Below are positions 1 to 10,381 of a stretch of DNA of 64,000 bases, in pieces. The notes beneath the pieces were generated by a model, which did not search any database, was not told the DNA's origin, and saw only the letters and a program-made list of their open reading frames with translations. The first letter of the stretch is position 1. Each line of letters starts with the position of its first letter. Made by a program: the position numbers and the translations under genes. Origin of the DNA: Polyangiales bacterium (lineage in GTDB: Bacteria > Myxococcota_A > Polyangia > Polyangiales > JADJQN01); contig CAXNJO010000003.1 of NCBI GenBank assembly GCA_964202905.1, positions 384,001 to 448,000 on the forward strand, written 5' to 3'.

Positions 1-768
1 CGTGCACGCCGCGCCCATCGCGCCGACGCCGACGAGGGCCGCGTAGGCGGCGTCCGCATCGTCAGGCGGCAGCGACAACATCCCGGTCGGCGGGGTGCCG
101 CCGTGGCAGCCGTCGATCGCGCAGGAGCCGCGGATCACGCCCTCGTACAGCGCGTCGAAGCCCGCGTCGCGCACGCCGCAGAGCGTCGGGTCGAGCGCGT
201 CGCCCGCTGGCGCGCCGGGCAGCGCTGGTGCGTCCGTGGTGCGCTCGGCGACCGGCGCGCCGCAGAGCAGCCACGCGCGCAGGAGCGCCCGCCCCTCGGC
301 CGTGTCGAGCGTCGGCAACTCGGCGCCATCGTCCGCGAACGTGCCTTGCGGCGCGCTCACGGGATCGAAGCCCGGCAGCCCGCGCGGCGGCATCTCTCCG
401 GACGCGACGAGTCCGTAGATGTCGGCGCGCTCATCGACGAGGTCCGCGCGGTGCGCGCGCAGCCGCTCGCGCTCGGCGGGCGTGCTCGCGTGCTCGAGGT
501 CGAAGTCGAGACCCGCCGGCGCGCCGTGGCGGCTGTCGGGATTCGCCGGATCGCTGCCATTGCGTGCGGTGCTCGAGTGGCAGAATGCGCCCGCGCACGT
601 GCCGTTCACGAGTGCCTGCCCCGCGTACTGCGGCACCTGCTCCGGTGTGCACGCGACGCGCGTCGCCAGCGCACGCGCCGCGTCGTCGCACGTTCCCTCG
701 AGCGTCGGCTCACATCCAGCCATCGCGATCACGAACGCGCCCACCGCCCCCAGCGTCGTCTTCCGCAT
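1..768 (-). CDS. Lipoprotein with two CX4CH putative heme-c motifs (3' partial, runs off window start)
   Basis: Not in the ORF track (no stop in window). Manual translation from ATG 768: MRKTTLGAVGAFVIAMAGC (lipobox), CAGAFCH...GEMPP...LLRAWLLCGA, then CAIDGCH. Confidence 0.75.
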   Translation of the reverse strand, partial: MRKTTLGAVGAFVIAMAGCEPTLEGTCDDAARALATRVACTPEQVPQYAGQALVNGTCAGAFCHSSTARNGSDPANPDSRHGAPAGLDFDLEHASTPAERERLRAHRADLVDERADIYGLVASGEMPPRGLPGFDPVSAPQGTFADDGAELPTLDTAEGRALLRAWLLCGAPVAERTTDAPALPGAPAGDALDPTLCGVRDAGFDALYEGVIRGSCAIDGCHGGTPPTGMLSLPPDDADAAYAALVGVGAMGAACT

Positions 769-774
769 CGCGGC

Positions 775-803
775 ACGATGCCCGCGCCTTCCGCGCAGGT
801 CAA
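775..803 (-). promoter_or_regulatory. sigma70-type promoter, probably leaderless
   Basis: TTGACC (803-798)-N17-CATCGT (780-775)-6 nt-ATG 768. Confidence 0.5.
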
Positions 804-864
804 CGCTCCGTCGGGCACGAGACCTTCAGCGAGCGCGCAGCGAGACGCGCCGTGAACGCGCGCG

Positions 865-1677
865 TCAGGCGCCCGGCGCGAAGGCCGCGAGCCGCTCGCG
901 AAGCTTCATCCGCGCGCGCTCCTCGATCTGACGCACGCGCTCCTTGCTCACGCCCATCTCCGCGCCGAGCTGCTCGAGCGTGCGGGGATCCTCGGCGATC
1001 ATGCGTGCCTCGACGATGCGGCGCTCGCGCGGGTTCAGCACCACCAGCGCCGCGTCGAGCGCCTCGCGGACGCCGCGCGTCGTGCGCGCATCGAGGAGCG
1101 CGTCTTCCGGCGTGCCCGCGTTGTCACCGAGGCGGTCGATCGCGGGGCCGCGGTCGGTGTAGGTCGCATCGAGCGACATGTCGCCCTGCCGGAGCAGCGG
1201 GAGCAGCATCTGCGCGCGCGCCTCGGGCATGCCGCTCTCCTCGGCGAGCTGGGCGACGTCGTCGGCCCCGGTGCGGCGGAACGCGCGCATCGCCCGGCGC
1301 TCCGTGCGCGTCGTGCCGAGGCGCACGATGCGGTACGTGCGCACGACGTAGTCGCGGATCTCGGCGCGGATCCAGTAGACCGCGTAGGTAATCAGGCGGC
1401 ACTGCTTCTCGGGGTCGAACTTCTGCGCCGCCTTGAGCAGCCCGAGGTTGCCCTGCTGGATGAGGTCCTCGAGCGGCGCGCCCCAGCGCCGGTATTCGCG
1501 CGCGATGCGGATGACGAAGGGCAGGCTCGCCTCGATGAGTCGCTTGCCGGCGAGCGGGTCGCCCGCGCGCCAGGCCGCCGCCAGCTCGCGCTCGAGGTGC
1601 GGATCGAGCGGCGTGAGGCCGTCGAGCGAGGCGCGGTACCGGTCGAGCGAGGTCTTGTGGGACGAGAGGGTCGGCAT
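865..1677 (-). CDS. RpoH/sigma32-like sigma70-family sigma factor
   Basis: Region 2 EDLIQQGNLGLLKAAQKFDPEKQCRLITYAVYWIRAEIRDYVVR; region 4 TLEQLGAEMGVSKERVRQIE. Confidence 0.9.
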   Translation of the reverse strand: MPTLSSHKTSLDRYRASLDGLTPLDPHLERELAAAWRAGDPLAGKRLIEASLPFVIRIAREYRRWGAPLEDLIQQGNLGLLKAAQKFDPEKQCRLITYAVYWIRAEIRDYVVRTYRIVRLGTTRTERRAMRAFRRTGADDVAQLAEESGMPEARAQMLLPLLRQGDMSLDATYTDRGPAIDRLGDNAGTPEDALLDARTTRGVREALDAALVVLNPRERRIVEARMIAEDPRTLEQLGAEMGVSKERVRQIEERARMKLRERLAAFAPGA

Positions 1678-1690
1678 AGGGCACCGCTTT

Positions 1691-1706
1691 AGCAGCTTGC
1701 GTGCCA
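1691..1706 (-). promoter_or_regulatory. sigma54 (-24/-12) promoter of the RpoH-like gene
   Basis: Minus strand TGGCACGCAAGCTGCT, GG-N10-GC spacing, one mismatch to TGGCAC-N5-TTGCW, 13 nt before ATG 1677. Confidence 0.7.
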
Positions 1707-1768
1707 GACCCGCATCACCTCCAGACTACTCGGTTTTCCGACGAACGTGGCATCCTGCGGCGGGCTAC

Positions 1769-1812
1769 GCGCACTTCTGCCGCGGCGGACATGCGCATTT
1801 CTGCCGCGGCGG
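1769..1812. repeat. 20-bp direct repeat (period 24), candidate enhancer
   Basis: GCGCACTTCTGCCGCGGCGG (1769-1788) and GCGCATTTCTGCCGCGGCGG (1793-1812). Confidence 0.7.
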
Positions 1813-2035
1813 CACCCTGCGCCGCGCACGACGGCCGCACCCCTGACGCACCCCGGCTGCGCCGTGCGCCCCGCTCGCGCACCGACCTCAGGCCGCCGTC
1901 GGGCCCGGCAGGCGTCCGCGCGCGGTCACGACCACGGCGCGCCGGGACGCCCTGCTCGTTCCAGACTGTCCAGACTGTCCACGCGGTCGGGAGACCGCGC
2001 TCCAACGTTTGCGCGCGAGCGCGGGGGCGTTGCGC

Positions 2036-2872
2036 TCAGTCGAGGTCGAGGACGAGGCCTTCGCGGGCGACCTCGCAGTTCGGGAAGAGGGCCTGCGCGC
2101 GCGCCTCCTTCTCCCGCACCATCGCGTCGCTTTGCATCGGATCGTGGTGGTAGAGGATGTAGCGCCCGACGCCCGCGGCCTTCGCGATCGCGATGCCCTC
2201 GACGAACGTCGAGTGTCCCCAGCCGACCTTCGAACCGCCGCCGCTCTTGCCCTCGTACTCCTCGGGCGTGTACTGCGAGTCGTAGATGAAGACGTCGGCG
2301 CCGCGCGCCAGCTCAACGATCCCCTGATCGAGGCCGTCCGAGTAGTGCTCGGTGTCGGTCGCGTACACGAGCGAGCGCCCCGCGTGGTCGACGCGGTAGG
2401 CGAGCACGCCGCCCGGGTGGTTGCCCGCGGCGGTGCGGACGGTGACACCCGGCGTGACCTCACGCTGCTCGCCGGCGTCGAGGTCGTGGAAGTGGAGCTG
2501 GCTGCCGAGCTGGCCGAGCTTCACGGGGAAGTTCGGGTTCTCCATCTGGCCCGCGAGCGCGGTCTCCACGGTGCCGACGATGCTCTTGCCGCCGTACATG
2601 TGGATGACGTTGCCCGGCACGAACGCGGGCGCGAAGAACGGGAAGCCCTGGATGTGATCCCAGTGCACGTGGCTGAAGAAGAGGTGCACCTTCACGGGCA
2701 TCTCCTTCAGGAGCTTCTGCCCGAGCATGCGCAGGCCCGTGCCGCCATCGAACACGAGGAGCGTCTCGCCGCAGCGGACCTCGACGCAGCTCGTGTTCCC
2801 GCCGATGCCCGCCGTCTCCGGGCCAGGCACCGGAATGCTGCCGCGCACTCCCCAGAACGTTGCCCGGAACAT
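2036..2872 (-). CDS. Metallo-beta-lactamase-fold hydrolase (RNase Z/phosphodiesterase-like)
   Basis: FWGVRGSIP, GGNTSCVEV, SHVHWDH (HxHxDH), DTEH, WGHST, HHDP. Confidence 0.9.
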   Translation of the reverse strand: MFRATFWGVRGSIPVPGPETAGIGGNTSCVEVRCGETLLVFDGGTGLRMLGQKLLKEMPVKVHLFFSHVHWDHIQGFPFFAPAFVPGNVIHMYGGKSIVGTVETALAGQMENPNFPVKLGQLGSQLHFHDLDAGEQREVTPGVTVRTAAGNHPGGVLAYRVDHAGRSLVYATDTEHYSDGLDQGIVELARGADVFIYDSQYTPEEYEGKSGGGSKVGWGHSTFVEGIAIAKAAGVGRYILYHHDPMQSDAMVREKEARAQALFPNCEVAREGLVLDLD

Positions 2873-2979
2873 GTCGTGGTCTCCCTCGGGTCCCGGAGCG
2901 CCGGCACCACAGCGGGGGGCAGCATAGCGTGAACCCGGTGCCGCTCGTCAATTCCCCGGCCGTGCTACGAAACGCCCCC

Positions 2980-3753
2980 ATGACGGGCGCACCGAGCCGC
3001 AGCCCCCGCATCGAGCGACCGCCTGCGGAGAGCGGGCGCACCCGCGCCGTGCGGGCGACCGCGGTCGGCCTCGCGACCTTCGCGCTCGGACTCACCGCGG
3101 CCATCGCGAATGCCGACGGCGTGCGTGTCGGCGCGCGCCACGACCCGGCTCCCCCGCGCGTGAGCGATGGACGGCTCCCCGAGTCGAACGAGGGCGCTGC
3201 GGACGCCCCCGACGCGCCGGCCAAGACCGCGCCGACCGCCGCGACGCAGACGCCCGACGACGCGCCGCAGCCCGTGCCTGAGCCCGCCTTCGTCGTCGCC
3301 GAGGGGGACGCGGGGGCGGCGCCCGCGGAGACCGACGACACGGCGTCCGACGAGGGAGTGCCGACGGCGACCCCGTTCGCCGGGCCGCGGCGCGTCGAGC
3401 GCGGGCGCGTCGCCTACCTGCGCTGCGACGGCGTCCCGCTGCGCCCGGGGCCCTACCCGTGTCCGCGCGAGGAGCGACTGGAAGAGGCCGTCTGGGCGGT
3501 GCTCGAGACGTTGCCCCGTTGCGCCGAGGCCCCCGCGGGGCTCGGTGAGACCGACGTGCGCCTCGAGCTCGCCCGCGACGCGCCCCCCGAGGTCAAGCTC
3601 CGCGCACCGCGCGCGGACGTGCCGCGCCTCGACGGCGCCGCGGTGCTCCGCTGCGTCGCGGGTCCGCTCTCGCACGTCACGACCTCGAGCCGCGCGACGC
3701 GGCTCATGCTCGCCTTTCGCGTCACGCTGGTCGACGCGGCGCAGCCGCGCTGA
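2980..3753 (+). CDS. Hypothetical membrane-anchored/exported protein
   Basis: Hydrophobic segment, Pro/Ala/Asp linker, Cys-containing C-terminal domain; start uncertain (2929 or 2980). Confidence 0.6.
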   Translation: MTGAPSRSPRIERPPAESGRTRAVRATAVGLATFALGLTAAIANADGVRVGARHDPAPPRVSDGRLPESNEGAADAPDAPAKTAPTAATQTPDDAPQPVPEPAFVVAEGDAGAAPAETDDTASDEGVPTATPFAGPRRVERGRVAYLRCDGVPLRPGPYPCPREERLEEAVWAVLETLPRCAEAPAGLGETDVRLELARDAPPEVKLRAPRADVPRLDGAAVLRCVAGPLSHVTTSSRATRLMLAFRVTLVDAAQPR

Positions 3754-3798
3754 GGGCCGCGTTCACGGCTCGTGCGGGAAGTTCTTTCGGCGACGCGG

Positions 3799-4386
3799 TC
3801 AGCCGAAGAGGTCGCCCGTCTGCGGCTCGACGCGCGGGACGTGACAGCGCCGGCAGCGCGCCTCGTAGCTCTCGAGCGCACCGACCACGACGCGTGCGCC
3901 CGACGCGACGAGCCGCTGCGAGCGCCCCGCCGGGGCCCCGCAGCGCGCGCAGATCGCGAGCGCCTTCGTGACGTATTCCGCGACCGAGAGCAGGGCCGGC
4001 ATCGGCTCGAAGGGCTTGCCCGTGTAGTCCTGATCGAGCCCGGCGACGATCACACGCGCGCCTGCGCTCGCGAGCCGCTCGCAGACGTCCACGATCCCGG
4101 CGTCGAAGAACTGCACCTCGTCGATCCCGACGACGCGCGTCTCCGGCAGCACGGCGCGCGCGATCTCTTCACTCGCCCCCGCGATGTCCGCGTCGATCGC
4201 GAGCTGCGAGTGCGACACGATGCGGGTCGCGTCGTAGCGGTCGTCGATGCGGGGCTTGAACACCTGAAGCGGCTGGCGCGCGATCTCGGCGCGACGCAGG
4301 CGGCGGATCAGCTCTTCGCTCTTGCCGCTGAACATCGGGCCGCAGATGACCTCGATCCAGCCCGTCTCCCCGTGGGTGATGTGCAC
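3799..4386 (-). CDS. tdk: Thymidine kinase
   Basis: GPMFSGKS P-loop, DEVQF, AGLDQDY, Zn ligands CARC...CRRC; GTG 4386 preferred as start. Confidence 0.95.
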   Translation of the reverse strand: MHITHGETGWIEVICGPMFSGKSEELIRRLRRAEIARQPLQVFKPRIDDRYDATRIVSHSQLAIDADIAGASEEIARAVLPETRVVGIDEVQFFDAGIVDVCERLASAGARVIVAGLDQDYTGKPFEPMPALLSVAEYVTKALAICARCGAPAGRSQRLVASGARVVVGALESYEARCRRCHVPRVEPQTGDLFG

Positions 4387-4508
4387 GCGCGCAGCGTGTG
4401 CCAGGTCCGCACTGCGGGGCAATGGGCGCGTGGCGCTCCGCGTCCAAGCCGCGGGCGAGGCCTGGAATCGGCCTATTGCAGCCCGCCCTGCCGTGCTAGC
4501 TTCGCGAG

Positions 4509-4760
4509 GTGGACGTCGTCCTGCGCAAGGTCGGACGCAAGCCGGGGCGGGCCGTGATCGGCCGGCTCCTGCGCGCGCCGCGCAAGGGCAGCGTGGTGGT
4601 CATCGAGTTTCCCGACGGTCTCCACGAGTACGTCACGACGCCCGTCAAGCGGGTGCTGCGCGTCGCGGGGCGCGAAGTCTACTACCTCGAGACGGCCAAC
4701 AGCCGCTACCGCCTCGAGGTCCGCTCGGGCGCCGCCGCGATCCGCGAAGCCGCGCAGTAG
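4509..4760 (+). CDS. Small hypothetical protein (83 aa)
   Basis: Protein-like composition ([12 protein letters not shown]...[11 protein letters not shown]); TGcTAGCTT box 6 nt before the GTG. Confidence 0.7.
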   Translation: MDVVLRKVGRKPGRAVIGRLLRAPRKGSVVVIEFPDGLHEYVTTPVKRVLRVAGREVYYLETANSRYRLEVRSGAAAIREAAQ

Positions 4761-4840
4761 CAACGTTCGAGCGCTTGCGTGGCCGCGCCGTCGCGACGTT
4801 CGAGCGCTTGCGTGGCCGCGCAGTAGCAGCGTTCGAGCGC
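4749..4840. repeat. 33-bp tandem repeat, about 2.8 copies
   Basis: Units at 4749, 4782 and 4815 (GCCGCGCAGTAGCAACGTTCGAGCGCTTGCGTG and variants). Confidence 0.9.
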
Positions 4841-4859
4841 GTCCGTTCGGCGGCAGCGG

Positions 4860-5684
4860 TCAGGCGAGGGAGAGCGCGCCGAGCTTGTCGACCAGCGCGG
4901 CGAGCACCACGCGCAAGCGTTCGAAATCACCGGGCTTACGGACGCCCGTGTCCTCATGGACGTAGAGGGCGCGGTTCAGCTCGATCTGCACGACGTGGCA
5001 CGCCTCGGCGGGGCGCCCGTAGTGCTGCGTCGTGAAGCCGCCGCGGTAGGGCTCGTCGTGGCGCACGCTGAGGCCCGCGGCGCGGAAGTGCGCGTCGACG
5101 AGGTCGATGACGCGGGGGTCCGCGCTCGTGCGGCCGCGCGTGCCGGGCACGACGTCGGCGCGGCGCGTGCCGCGGTCGGTGTGGCCGGTGCGCCCGACGC
5201 TCGGCATCGAGTGCGCGGCGACGAGGATGACGTGGCCGAAGCGCGCGCGCGTCCCCTCGAGCTCGGCGCGCAGGGCGGCGTGGTAGGGCGTGTGGTACCG
5301 GGCGAGTCGCGCGAGGAGCTCGGCGTAGCGGAGCGGGCGGCGCAGCGCGGGACGGCCGTCGGTGGTGAGCCGCCAGACGACGCCGCGCGGCTGCACGGCG
5401 CGGGGCCCGGGGTGATCGGGGACGGTCGCGGCGTCGACGTCGTCGGGCGCGCGGTTGAGATCCACGACGTAGCGCGAGATGGTCGTCGTCAGGAGCGACG
5501 CGCCGTGGGAAGGCGCGTCGGCGTAGAGCTCATCCACGTAGATGTCGGCGTCGCGGAGCACGCTCGCGCGATCGACGTCCGTCTCGACGCGCACCGCGTC
5601 CGGGACGTCGAGCCCGGCGTGGGGCACCTCGACGACGACGGGCGTGCGGCCGCGCTCGGGGACGGTCAGCTCGAACGGCGCCAT
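4860..5684 (-). CDS. N-formylglutamate amidohydrolase family protein
   Basis: VPHAG, SRYVVDLNR, YHTPYH, HSMPS, PYRGGFTT, QIELNRALY. Confidence 0.9.
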   Translation of the reverse strand: MAPFELTVPERGRTPVVVEVPHAGLDVPDAVRVETDVDRASVLRDADIYVDELYADAPSHGASLLTTTISRYVVDLNRAPDDVDAATVPDHPGPRAVQPRGVVWRLTTDGRPALRRPLRYAELLARLARYHTPYHAALRAELEGTRARFGHVILVAAHSMPSVGRTGHTDRGTRRADVVPGTRGRTSADPRVIDLVDAHFRAAGLSVRHDEPYRGGFTTQHYGRPAEACHVVQIELNRALYVHEDTGVRKPGDFERLRVVLAALVDKLGALSLA

Positions 5685-5711
5685 GCCCGGTGCGTGTAGC
5701 ACGGCGCTCGG

Positions 5712-7679
5712 TCAGCGCGCGAGCACGAGCCCGCACGAGATCCCGAGCAGCACCGCGCGGAGGACATCGTCCGCGTCGATCCGAAGCACCTCCGCGCGAC
5801 CGACGAGCCCCGGCAGCGTGACGTCGCCGCGCACGCCGTCGAGCGCACCCTCCCAGGCCGGCGGCAGACGGTACGCGGACGCCGGGGCGTGCGGCGCAGC
5901 GGCGCGCGAGAGCACGCGCTCGCCGACCGGTGCGAGCGCCGCCTGCACGGCGTCGACGTGCATCGCGCCCACGGAGTCGCGGAGCAGCTCGTACGGATCC
6001 TTGCCGAGGGGGAACGTCTCTTCGTGGCTCCGCGCGTCGCGCACGTAAACCCACTGACCGCGGCTCCAGCGGAACGCCTCGAGGTAGCGCTCGACGACCT
6101 GCGCCGCGATCGCGCGGAAGAGCTGCACGGGCCGCAGCACGCCGAGCCCGACCAGCGCGTCGCCGAGTCGCCCGCCGTAGCGGGGCAGCAGCGCGAGCGC
6201 CATCTCGAGCTCCATCCGCAGGACGAAGCCCTCGCGCACGAGGAACTCGCCGAGCAGCTCGCGCCGATCGGTCGAGGCGATGAACTCGGGGCGACCGTCG
6301 ACAAAATAGATTTTCTTGCGGCGGGCGCCGTCGACGAGTTGCAGCACGCCCGTCTCCCGCCGCGCCACCAGTTGGAACGCGACCGGGAGCAGCGCGCCCG
6401 GCGCGACCGCGCCCTTCCAGGTCGGGCGCTCGGTCTCCTGCGGCTGCCACTGCAGGCCCGGCGACGACACGAAGCGCGTCAGCTCGGGGAAGGCGGCGAG
6501 CTCGCGAAACTCCTCGTCGCCCTTCGAGACGTGCGCGGTCGTGTCGAGCACGCCCGTCGACAGCAGCTCGACGAGCTTCGGGAAGGAGAGCGGCCCGAGC
6601 AGCCCGCCATCGACACGCCGCACGCGCCAGATCGCGGGTGTCGTCGTGCGACCGCCCCCGCGCAGCGTGTCCGGCTCCACGGGCTCGCCGGGCTGCGAGG
6701 CGCGCGCGGGAAAGAGCGTCGTGCGCGTGACCGCGTCGGCTTCGTCGGCCGGGCGCAGCGGCTCGATCAAGCCGACACGCGCGAGAAAGCGGGCGACGCG
6801 CTCCGGCCCGACATCCTTGCCGCGACGGCGGACGAGCCCCGCGATCGCGTCCGCGAGCGCGACGGCGTCGGGGCGATTGGCAGGGTCGCGCTCGAGGCCG
6901 AGCGTGAGCAGGCGGCGGACTTCGCTCGGGATCGGGCGCGTCGAGCGCTGCAGCACGCCGAGGTCGACGTCACGGATGCGGAGGAGGATGTCGAGGTCCG
7001 TCCCGGCGACGAAGAGCGGCTCGCCGAGCAGGAGCTCCGCGATGACCGTGACGAGTGTGAAGACGTCGCTCCGCCCATCGAGCGGCTGACCCATCACCTG
7101 CTCGGGCGACATGTAACCGAGCTTGCCGCGGAGGCGACCATCGTCGGTGCGCGGGTCGGCCCCGGCCGCGCGCGCGATGCCGAAGTCCGAAAGTTTCACG
7201 TGCCCGGTGCGCGTCAGCAGGATGTTCGCGGGGCTGACGTCGCGGTGCACGAGCCCGAGCGGACCCCCGTCCTCGCCGCGCACGGCGTGGGCGTACGCGA
7301 GCGCGCGCGCCGTGTCCCACGCGACCGAGAGCGCGACGTCGACCGGCGCCCCCTCGCCCCGCTCGGAGACCGCGCGCAGCACGCGGTTGACGTTCGAGCC
7401 GGCCACGAGCTCCATCGCGAGAAAGAGCGCGCCCTGCTGCTCGCCGAAATCGAAGATCTGCACGATGTTCGGGTGATCGAGCTGCGCGGCGAGGCGCGCC
7501 TCGTCGATGAACATCGCGACGAAGTCGGGGTCGCGCGCGTACTGCGGGAGGATCCGCTTCAACGCGACACGCTTCGTGAAGCCGTGCGGGCCGACGCGCC
7601 GTGCGACGAAGACCTCCGCCATGCCGCCCGAAGCGAGCCGACTCTCGAGGAGGTAGGGTCCGATGGGTTGTGGCTCCAC
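5712..7679 (-). CDS. Ser/Thr protein kinase with C-terminal GYF-like and DUF4388-like domains
   Basis: GGMAEVF, ALKRI, HRDVSPANIL, DFGIA, YMSPEQ; later GPLSFPKLVELL and RETGVLQL...KKIYFVDGRP. Confidence 0.9.
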   Translation of the reverse strand: MEPQPIGPYLLESRLASGGMAEVFVARRVGPHGFTKRVALKRILPQYARDPDFVAMFIDEARLAAQLDHPNIVQIFDFGEQQGALFLAMELVAGSNVNRVLRAVSERGEGAPVDVALSVAWDTARALAYAHAVRGEDGGPLGLVHRDVSPANILLTRTGHVKLSDFGIARAAGADPRTDDGRLRGKLGYMSPEQVMGQPLDGRSDVFTLVTVIAELLLGEPLFVAGTDLDILLRIRDVDLGVLQRSTRPIPSEVRRLLTLGLERDPANRPDAVALADAIAGLVRRRGKDVGPERVARFLARVGLIEPLRPADEADAVTRTTLFPARASQPGEPVEPDTLRGGGRTTTPAIWRVRRVDGGLLGPLSFPKLVELLSTGVLDTTAHVSKGDEEFRELAAFPELTRFVSSPGLQWQPQETERPTWKGAVAPGALLPVAFQLVARRETGVLQLVDGARRKKIYFVDGRPEFIASTDRRELLGEFLVREGFVLRMELEMALALLPRYGGRLGDALVGLGVLRPVQLFRAIAAQVVERYLEAFRWSRGQWVYVRDARSHEETFPLGKDPYELLRDSVGAMHVDAVQAALAPVGERVLSRAAAPHAPASAYRLPPAWEGALDGVRGDVTLPGLVGRAEVLRIDADDVLRAVLLGISCGLVLAR

Positions 7680-7877
7680 GGCTCCTCCTCGCGTCCCGCT
7701 CCAGCGCCCCCGCGCCGGGCCGACGCGGGGTGCGACGTCGTGGCCGCGTTGAATCGTACGGCCCGAGCGGTGCCCGTTTCAAGGGCGCGGGCACACGGCG
7801 AACCGACGTCCCCGAAATCGACTCTTCTGCGGAACGAGCGTAGTAGGATGGAGGCCCGAACCGGAGACGACGCCCAG

Positions 7878-9635
<1,758 letters not shown>

Positions 9636-9759
9636 GTCACCCTCCGACGCGGCTCGCAGCGCTGTGGATGCGAGCCGCGGGCTGCTCCGCCCGGCCGCGC
9701 CGTGGCGCAGGCGGGGCCCCGCAGCGTCGTGACGCACGCGCCGTCGGGTCCCCAGGCGC

Positions 9760-10296
9760 TCAGCGCGGGCGAAGCCGCACGCGGCCGCCCTCGGCCTCGA
9801 GCGCGCAGCGGAGTTCCGATGCGCGCGCACCCAGCGTATCGACTGCGACCTGCGCATCCCTCGCGAGCGGAACGGCGGGCTCGAAGACGAGCCCTGCGCG
9901 CAAGTCCTCGCGAACGACGACGACCGCCTCGCCCGCGCCGAGCGCGTCGGCGAGGGCCACGACGAGCTCGGTGAGCGCGCCGGCCTCAGCGTCCGCGCGC
10001 GCGGGCCGGAGCAGCGCATCGACCGCGAGGTTGCGCTGTCGCACGCGGGCGCAGAGCGCCGCCGCGCGCAGATCGAAGGGACGCAAGGCGCGGCCATCGC
10101 CGGCGAGTCCTCGGAGCGCCTCGCTGACGAGTCCCGAGAGCGACGCGAGCTCCGCGAGGGGCTCGGCGAGGTCCTCGCCCGCGGCGTGCGCATGCCCGAG
10201 ATCGACGGCCGCCGCGTGCACGACCCCGACGAGGTTCTTCAGGTCGTGGAGCAGCGCGAGATCGACGCCCTCGTCTCTGCGCGCGGGCTTCGCCAT
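9760..10296 (-). CDS. Histidine-kinase-like protein with H-box and degenerate ATPase domain
   Basis: LLHDLKNLVGVV H-box; no recognisable N/G1/G2 boxes; ATG 10296. Confidence 0.55.
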   Translation of the reverse strand: MAKPARRDEGVDLALLHDLKNLVGVVHAAAVDLGHAHAAGEDLAEPLAELASLSGLVSEALRGLAGDGRALRPFDLRAAALCARVRQRNLAVDALLRPARADAEAGALTELVVALADALGAGEAVVVVREDLRAGLVFEPAVPLARDAQVAVDTLGARASELRCALEAEGGRVRLRPR

Positions 10297-10381
10297 GGCT
10301 GCCAGTATTTCCCGATTTTCCTCGGAGTTGCGAGCGTTTTTTCCGCGGCGGCCCACGCGTGGACGCCTATAGTCGCGCCGC

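Noticed and set aside
1960..1999. TCCAGACTG doublet plus CGCGGTC-GGGA-GACCGCG hairpin
   Set aside because: Too short to assign; possibly part of a terminator for the MBL gene.
4388..4403. TGGCAC upstream of tdk as a sigma54 promoter
   Set aside because: The TGC is misplaced relative to the -24 box and lies too close to the start.
4749..4840. Possible mini-CRISPR array
   Set aside because: Units are contiguous with no unique spacers, and no cas genes were recognised.
5889..7877. Long N-terminal extension of the 1248-aa kinase ORF
   Set aside because: Antisense shadow of the minus-strand kinase.
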